Positions 35,093-41,359 of a stretch of 41,359 nucleotides of DNA are shown one piece after another. The stretch's first letter is position 1. Each line of letters opens with the position of its first letter. Position numbers and translations under genes: made by a program. The stretch is taken from NCBI RefSeq assembly GCF_001194135.2, contig NC_068982.1, positions 128,266,959 through 128,308,317 on the forward strand, in the 5' to 3' direction. Origin of the DNA: Octopus bimaculoides. Lineage: Eukaryota. Under the pieces are notes generated by a model. That model searched no databases. It was not told the origin of the DNA and saw only the letters and a program-made list of their open reading frames with translations.

Positions 35093-35119
35093 TCAAGCAA
35101 CATCTTAACATCTTTCCAT
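35093..35119 (-). CDS. Candidate 27-nt microexon
   Basis: ctttgtttttgttttttcaag|ATGGAAAGATGTTAAGATGTTGCTTGA|gtgaga. Open in phase 1 and phase 2. Confidence 0.2.
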
Positions 35120-35369
35120 CTTGAAAAAACAAAAACAAAGGATGTTTGGAATAATCTAGTCTACAATACAAAACTGTACCTGATCAGACACAATCAAGGG
35201 TCAAACAACAACAAAACATGAAATCCATAATATGCAGTAAAAATAACTTTATACACACCCACACACACACAGTTACACAGCAATATAATGTCTTTCAAAT
35301 ATTATTAGCTATAATAATTAATCAAAAATACATGTCTCATATTAAAAGTAAATGGAGAAAAATTTATTT

Positions 35370-35737
35370 CTTTTTTGTTTGAGTGTGATCGTTGCCAGCG
35401 TCGCCTTCCTGGCACTTGTGCCGGTGGCACATGAAAAGACATTCGAGTGAGGTCGTTGCCAGTGCCGCTGGACTGGCTCCTGTGCAGGTGGCACGTGAAA
35501 TACACCATTTTGAGCGTGACCGTTGCCAGTACCGCCTGACTGGACTTTGTGCCGGTGGCACATAAAAGCACCCACTACTCTCTCGGAATGGTTGGCGTTA
35601 GGAAGGGCATCCAGCTGTAGAAACTCTGCCAAATCAGATTGGAGCCTGGTGTAGCCTTCTGGTTCACCAGTCCTCAGTCAAATCGTCCAACCCATGCTAG
35701 CATGGAAAGTGGATGTTAAACAATGATGATGATGATG
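35370..35737 (+). mobile_element. RTE 3' UTR with three ~65-bp tandem units and a (GAT)n tail
   Basis: Units GAG(T/C)G...CGTTGCCAG...GGTGGCAC...AAA, then the conserved terminus. Confidence 0.85.
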
Positions 35738-35868
35738 TTACAATTTTTGTTAAGACTGTTTTCCAATTGTGTTACTGAATGCATAACAAATGTTGCCCCA
35801 CTTGTACATAATGTCTGACCGTTTGCCTTATGAGTGAATTTAGTAGACGGAAATTAAAAAGAAGCCCA

Positions 35869-35918
<50 letters not shown>

Positions 35919-36035
35919 GAGAGAAAGAGAGAGAGAGAAAGAGAGAGAAAGAGAGATTAAACTAGTAGTGGGGGAGGAAGTACAGAGAGTGTAATAGCTA
36001 GAATAAGAATAGGAAGAGATTCAGAGAGCTTTTAT

Positions 36036-36775
36036 CTCTGTTGGTTACAAAAGTTTTCTTTCTCCAAGTGAAAGGAAGATTGTATGATGCATGTATACGG
36101 ACAGCAAGTCTACATGATAGTGAGACACAGGCCCTGAATGCAGAGGACATGCAAAGGGTAGAGAAGAATGAGGCCAGTATGCTCTTCTGGATGTGTAATC
36201 TCAGTGTACAAGTTCGACAAAGTCCTAGTGTACTGAGAGAGGAGTCAGGCATAAAAGGAATGGTCACTGTGTGCAAGAGAGAAGATTGCACTGGTTTGGT
36301 CATGTAATGCAGATGGATGCCGACAGTTCCATAAAGAAGTACTGGTCTCTCAAAGCAGATGGAACACGTGGAAATGGGAAAACATGGGACAAAGTACTGA
36401 AGGACAATCTCAGGATATTGAACCTTTCATACAAGATGACAAAGGATCGAGATGCCTGGCGCCTTACTCTACTCAAGAAGACCCATATTCAACAGCAGAA
36501 GCGTTAAGACCACTCCGCGTAGTGAAGATGACTACCCTGCAAGAGCCCTGTGCTGGTACCACATAAAAAGCACTTGAGCCAGTGCCATGTAAAAGTATTC
36601 ATGTAGTGCCACATAAATGCACCCAGCACATGCTGTAAAGTGGTTGGTGTTAGGAAGGGTATCAATCAGTAAAAACCATGTCAAATCAGACTGGAGCCTG
36701 GTGCAGCTCTCCAGTTTGCCAGCTCTGGTTAAACCTTCCAAACCGTGCCAGCATGGATAACAGACATTAACTGAT
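36036..36775 (+). mobile_element. 5'-truncated RTE-clade LINE
   Basis: LQVKGRLYDACIRTASLHDSET...RRLHWFGHVMQMD...KTWDKVLKDNLR...MTKDRDAWRL followed by the 3' UTR. Confidence 0.9.
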
Positions 36776-37023
36776 ACACACACACATGTATGTTGCTTAA
36801 TGTTGGATGAATGAGAAAGAAGTACTCAATACATGTCGTGGAGGATATAGTTTTTTTTTTTTTAATTTATTAAAAGTGAAGCTGGAGGTTTGTCTTATGA
36901 TTCATGTTTCACACCAAAGCAGACTTTGCACACAAATAGTAAACAAGCATTGATGATTGTGGTCTTCCATTCAAACATATCCAGACTAGGGGAAATACTA
37001 CTTTGCTTGAAAATAGGTGAAGG

Positions 37024-37271
37024 NNNNNNNNNNNNNNNNNNNNNNNNNNNNNNNNNNNNNNNNNNNNNNNNNNNNNNNNNNNNNNNNNNNNNNNNNNNNN
37101 NNNNNNNNNNNNNNNNNNNNNNNNNNNNNNNNNNNNNNNNNNNNNNNNNNNNNNNNNNNNNNNNNNNNNNNNNNNNNNNNNNNNNNNNNNNNNNNNNNNN
37201 NNNNNNNNNNNNNNNNNNNNNNNNNNNNNNNNNNNNNNNNNNNNNNNNNNNNNNNNNNNNNNNNNNNNNNN
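37024..37271. other. Assembly gap (N)
   Basis: 248 N. Confidence 1.
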
Positions 37272-37311
<40 letters not shown>

Positions 37312-37649
37312 CAATCTTTATATCTAACTTAGCATTGATATTTTGTTAGAACACCAAATACTATGGCATTCACCCTTGGGAGGACCTTTCATATGAACAC
37401 ATGGCATATTAAAGCACACATATCATTGGAAGATGGGAATCATCTGTTACAGACCTCAGAACTGCCAGAACATATAATTTCGATGTACTCAGTCTTTTCA
37501 GTGACAGACAGCTGCTATTCACATACCAGCCAAATATAACAGCCAATGAGTAACTTTTCAGGCACTGATGTTTCAGATAGCTAGCAAGCTTATTAAAGAA
37601 TAATTATTAATGACAGAAGCAGCATTAATACCAAAAGGTGATCTGTATA

Positions 37650-37862
37650 TGAGGGTGCTGAAAAGTTCCTAGCTTTAAGGGTATCATGAAAAGCCTGGTT
37701 GGAGGCCCAAACTTCCAAGTTCTTTTACAGGGCTTAAAAAACTGAAGGACCACTGCAATAAGTGTATGAATTTCAGAGGGGAATATGTTGAATAAAATCA
37801 TAATTAACTGATCCTCCTGTACTTTTTTTTATCCAAAGCCAGGAACTTTTCAGCACCCCTCA
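37650..37862. mobile_element. Mariner-type MITE, 213 bp
   Basis: TA|TGAGGGTGCTGAAAAGTTCCTAGCTTT ... AAAGCCAGGAACTTTTCAGCACCCCTCA|TA. Confidence 0.9.
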
Positions 37863-38639
37863 TATATATAACTCAACATGGATATTTTGTTGAAATGTCA
37901 AATGCTATGCTATTGACTTCTCATTTGGATGCATGGTGCATTCGTCATTTTTAAGTTCCCTTTTTCTATGCTGGCATGGATTGAACAAGATTTATTGAAA
38001 TATATTATTCTATGACCAGACACTCTTCTTGTCATCAACTTTTACTTAGTCTTCAAGTTAGGTATAATCCATGCTTTTAAAGCATGATAAAACCAATAGG
38101 CTATGGGATGTATTGTTTACAGGAGATGCAACCAACACATTACAGTAGCACAAACATTGTCAGAGTGAATGTATAAGGAAATAAACATTAAAACACACAC
38201 ACAAATATATATTGTCATCTTAATGTCTGCTTTTCATATTTGCATTGGTTGGACAGAATTTGTTGAGGTAGATTTTCTACAACCAGATGCCCTTCTGTCA
38301 CTAACCCTCATCCATTTCTAAATATGGCAATATTTCCCCCATCTTTACATGAGAGAATAAAAATGAAGGATGCTGCTTGCATGATGGTAACATTCATTTA
38401 CAACTATCATACAATTTTAAGGCAGGGAGGAGACAGTAACACACATATATGCAACAGGTTTCTTTTAGTTTCTATTTACCAAATCCATTTGAAAGGCTTT
38501 GATCAACCTAGGGCTATAGTAGAAAATATCTGTGCAAGGTGCCATGCTGAGGGACTAAACACAGAACCATGTAGTTGGGAAATAAACTTCTTACAACATA
38601 TACCATAGTATCAACCAGAGTATCAGACGTTATACATCA

Positions 38640-38880
38640 CTGGTCACAATTCGCTTCGCATTGTTTAAGCTTTCGAAATGACACCACCCCACTGGCAAGA
38701 TGAGCAGGCCAACATTCTTCCTGATCGATAGGCTATTCCATTACAAGATTACCCATTTACAGCTGAGTGGACTGGGGAAACATGAAATGAAGAGTTTTGC
38801 TCAAGAACACAATGCACCACCCAGCCCAGGAATCAAACCCATGATCTAGTAATCTAATCACTGAGCCACATGCTTCCACA
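38640..38880 (-). mobile_element. Old tRNA-derived SINE with a CORE/V-like central motif
   Basis: Minus strand gtggctcagtg...gggtttgattcctgg...ttgagcaaaac...cagtccactcagctgtaaatgggta. Related fragments at about 31910-32070 and 34780-34910. Confidence 0.55.
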
Positions 38881-39929
38881 TGTGTGTGTGAGAGAGAGGT
38901 TTCTGCACAGTTTCCATCTGCTTATTTTGATCACAAAGTAATGAAGTCAGTGCTTCTCAGTAGGATAGGCCATAAAAGCCACACCATACAAAGTGAACTT
39001 TATGATAACACAGCCATGCCTATACCTATTATAATATATACACAATACATACATATATAGTTGTCATTTCTACAACTGGTTTTCTATGAAGCAGTGTACC
39101 CTCTCTGACACCAACACATTCAGTCGGAAATGTGCATAAACTTTTGATAAAGATTAGTTATGATGTAGAAAAAGGAAATTGTTCATGGTATTACCACACA
39201 CAAAAAAATATATACCTGTTTAATTTGTGTTTACACAGATTATTTATGAGTGCCAGCAGTTCTTTTATTTTCTTTTAATCAAAATCTAACACAGGAAAAG
39301 AATGTACCTCCTCTGGAGCTTTAGTACAACATATGGCAACTGAACTTGCACGCATTCATATAAAAAGCTGTATTCTGTATTAGAAGTTAGTTTGACATTT
39401 AAGTTTAAAAACCCTGATCGTTACTTTCTATACTTCATTCATAACTTTTAGTTTCCCACTGTTTTGTATCCTACATCATCCAAGCTTATGTAGACGACAG
39501 AATTAAGATATGGATACTATATTCATTCACATACAGTTTGAACATTCTATAAGTTCTATTATTATTTATCTTCAAATGTTTGGCTTTCTCATATGTATTT
39601 GCTCTAATCACAGTTTGCATCTAATTATTCTGCTTTCAATTACTTCCTTAAGCCCTTTGAGACAACAACTAATTCTATGACATAAATTTCCTGTTTTAAA
39701 GTGAGCTAAATTAAAACCTTCAGTCAAGATTTCATGTTATGTTCCATACACCAATTTGAATAATAAAGATATTTTACTAAATTCTTCATAATTATCATAT
39801 AAATTAAAATGAAACCAATGTATTTCAACAGAAATATGGGAACAAAAGTGTTAACCTACACATTCAAATATTGTTACCCATCTTTTACTTTTTCAATCAT
39901 TAGACTGCAACTTTTCTTGGGTACTGTCT

Positions 39930-41018
39930 TAGCTTTTGTGTGCAGCAGATGCACAGGGGGCAATAAACACCACAGATGCTCAGAAAACAGATTCCATCAC
40001 ACTCCAGTGGGAGAAACTAAAAGTAATTGATAGCTTCTGCTACCTAGGTGACCAAGTTAGTAGTGGGGGTGGATGCTCAGAGAGTGTTACCACTAGCAAA
40101 GTTTAGAAAGCTTCTACCCCTAATGGAGAAAAAGGGCCTCTCGCTCAGAGTGAAAGGTAGATTGTACAATGCATGTGTGCGAACTGCCATGCTTCACGGC
40201 AGTGAAATATGGGCCATGACTGCAGAGGACATGCATAAGTCCGAAAGAAATGAAGCTAGTATGATTGGCTGGATGTGTAATGTCAGTGTGCACACATGAC
40301 AGAGTGTAAGCGTGCAAGAGAGACATTTTGCGCTGGTATGGTCATGTACTACGGATGGGTGAGGGGAGATGTGTGAAGTGCCACTCCCAAACAGTTGAAG
40401 GAATCCGGAGTAGAGGTAGACCCAGGAAGACATGGGATGAGGTGGTCAAGCATGACCTTCGAATGTTGGGCCTCACAGAGGCAATGACAAGAGACCGAGA
40501 CCTCTGGAGATATACTGTGACTGCAAAGAGCCGGCAAATAAAGTGAGTTCACAGCTGTATCCTACACCAGTTTCGCATAACCAACCCCAGCCCATTCAAA
40601 AGTACCTTGGATCATAACGTGACCTGCTGTGCTTGAGGAGACTTATTGAGTTAAGTACATCAACATCAAAATGAAAATCAAAAGGAAATTATAGTTGTGA
40701 TACCCATGCTGGTGGCACGTAAAAAGCACCATTCGAACGTGGCCAATGCCAGCGCCACCTTGACTGACTTCTATGCCAGTGGCACGTAAAAAGCACCAAC
40801 CGATCATGGCCGTTGCCAGCCTCCTCTGGCCCCTGTGCCGGTGGCAAGTAAAAAGTACCCACTACACTCAGAGTGGTTGGCATTAGGAAGGGCATCCAGC
40901 TGTAGAAACACTACGAGATCAGACTGGAGCCTGGTGCAGCCTCCTGGCTTCCCAGACCTCAGTCGAACCATCCAACCCATGCTAGCATGGAAAACGGATG
41001 TTAAAAGATTATGATGAT
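39930..41018 (+). mobile_element. 5'-truncated RTE-clade LINE with complete 3' UTR
   Basis: DSFCYLGDQVSSGGG, LSLRVKGRLYNACVRTAMLHGSE and RWYGHVLRM...RGRPRKTWDEVVKHDLR...MTRDRDLWRY across frameshifts, then tandem units and an ATGATGAT tail. Confidence 0.92.
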
Positions 41019-41021
41019 ATA

Positions 41022-41359
41022 TCTATATATATAAAAATGAGAATGTGTGTCTGTCTGTCTGTCTGTCTGTCTGAATCCCTAAAACTCGAGAACTACGCAA
41101 CCAATTTCATTCAAATTTTACACATGCCTTACTTAGGGTTCCAGTTGTGTTTTAGTCAAAAGAAATTATTAACTTCTTGCAGAGTTCGAGCACACGGCAA
41201 CATAATATCTCCTCCACTATTTAAGTATTAAGTGTCAAAAGTGAAACAAAAACACTCATGTCAAATACTTTCACTTTAAAAATGAAACTATTCCACTAAC
41301 TGAAACAATCACATTTCGATACTGTAGTGACAGATACTTTCACAGAGAGAGAGAAAGAC
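41022..41359 (+). mobile_element. Non-autonomous Helitron-like element 5' end (runs off the window)
   Basis: A|TCTATATATATAAAAATGAGAATGTG(TCTG)n...AACTACGCAACCAATTTCATTCAAATTTTACAC. The 5' TC after A and this motif order recall invertebrate Helitron/HINE repeats. Confidence 0.5.

Noticed and set aside
35380-35570. CRISPR-like repeat-spacer array
   Set aside because: Whole ~65-bp units are homologous, there are no unique spacers, and the context is a eukaryotic LINE 3' UTR.
39288-39319. 32-nt exon candidate ending ...KAPEE|gtacat
   Set aside because: Poor pyrimidine tract and phase does not match the next candidate exon.

Overview
This is AT-rich eukaryotic DNA. The repeat families and (AT)n/(CA)n/(GA)n density look like an octopus genome, which is inference from memory rather than a database hit. 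The window lies inside a large minus-strand gene for an Ig-domain (I-set) muscle/cytoskeletal protein of the twitchin/titin/obscurin/MLCK-like class. Three exons splice into one open frame: a 744-nt Ser/Arg/Asp-rich exon with tandem RRDS repeats (30202-29459), a 25-nt microexon (16295-16271) and an Ig exon (5655-5460). Several further microexon candidates are weaker. The introns are full of tRNA-derived SINEs, RTE and CR1/Jockey-type LINE fragments, TSD-flanked MITEs (Tc1/mariner, pogo/Tigger, piggyBac, hAT) and a Helitron-like end. The most unusual items are: (1) a 5'-truncated Penelope-like element whose pLTRs contain both a tRNA-derived Pol III promoter and a minimal hammerhead ribozyme, arranged as an inverted pair; (2) a ~400-bp TSD-flanked, (GAT)n-tailed inverted copy of a nearby intron segment that looks like a local retrocopy of host pre-mRNA; (3) a PKA-motif array encoded by an in-frame skippable exon; (4) a cluster of long inverted repeats in one intron. 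There are three N gaps. Repeat boundaries without TSDs are approximate. All alignments were done by eye.
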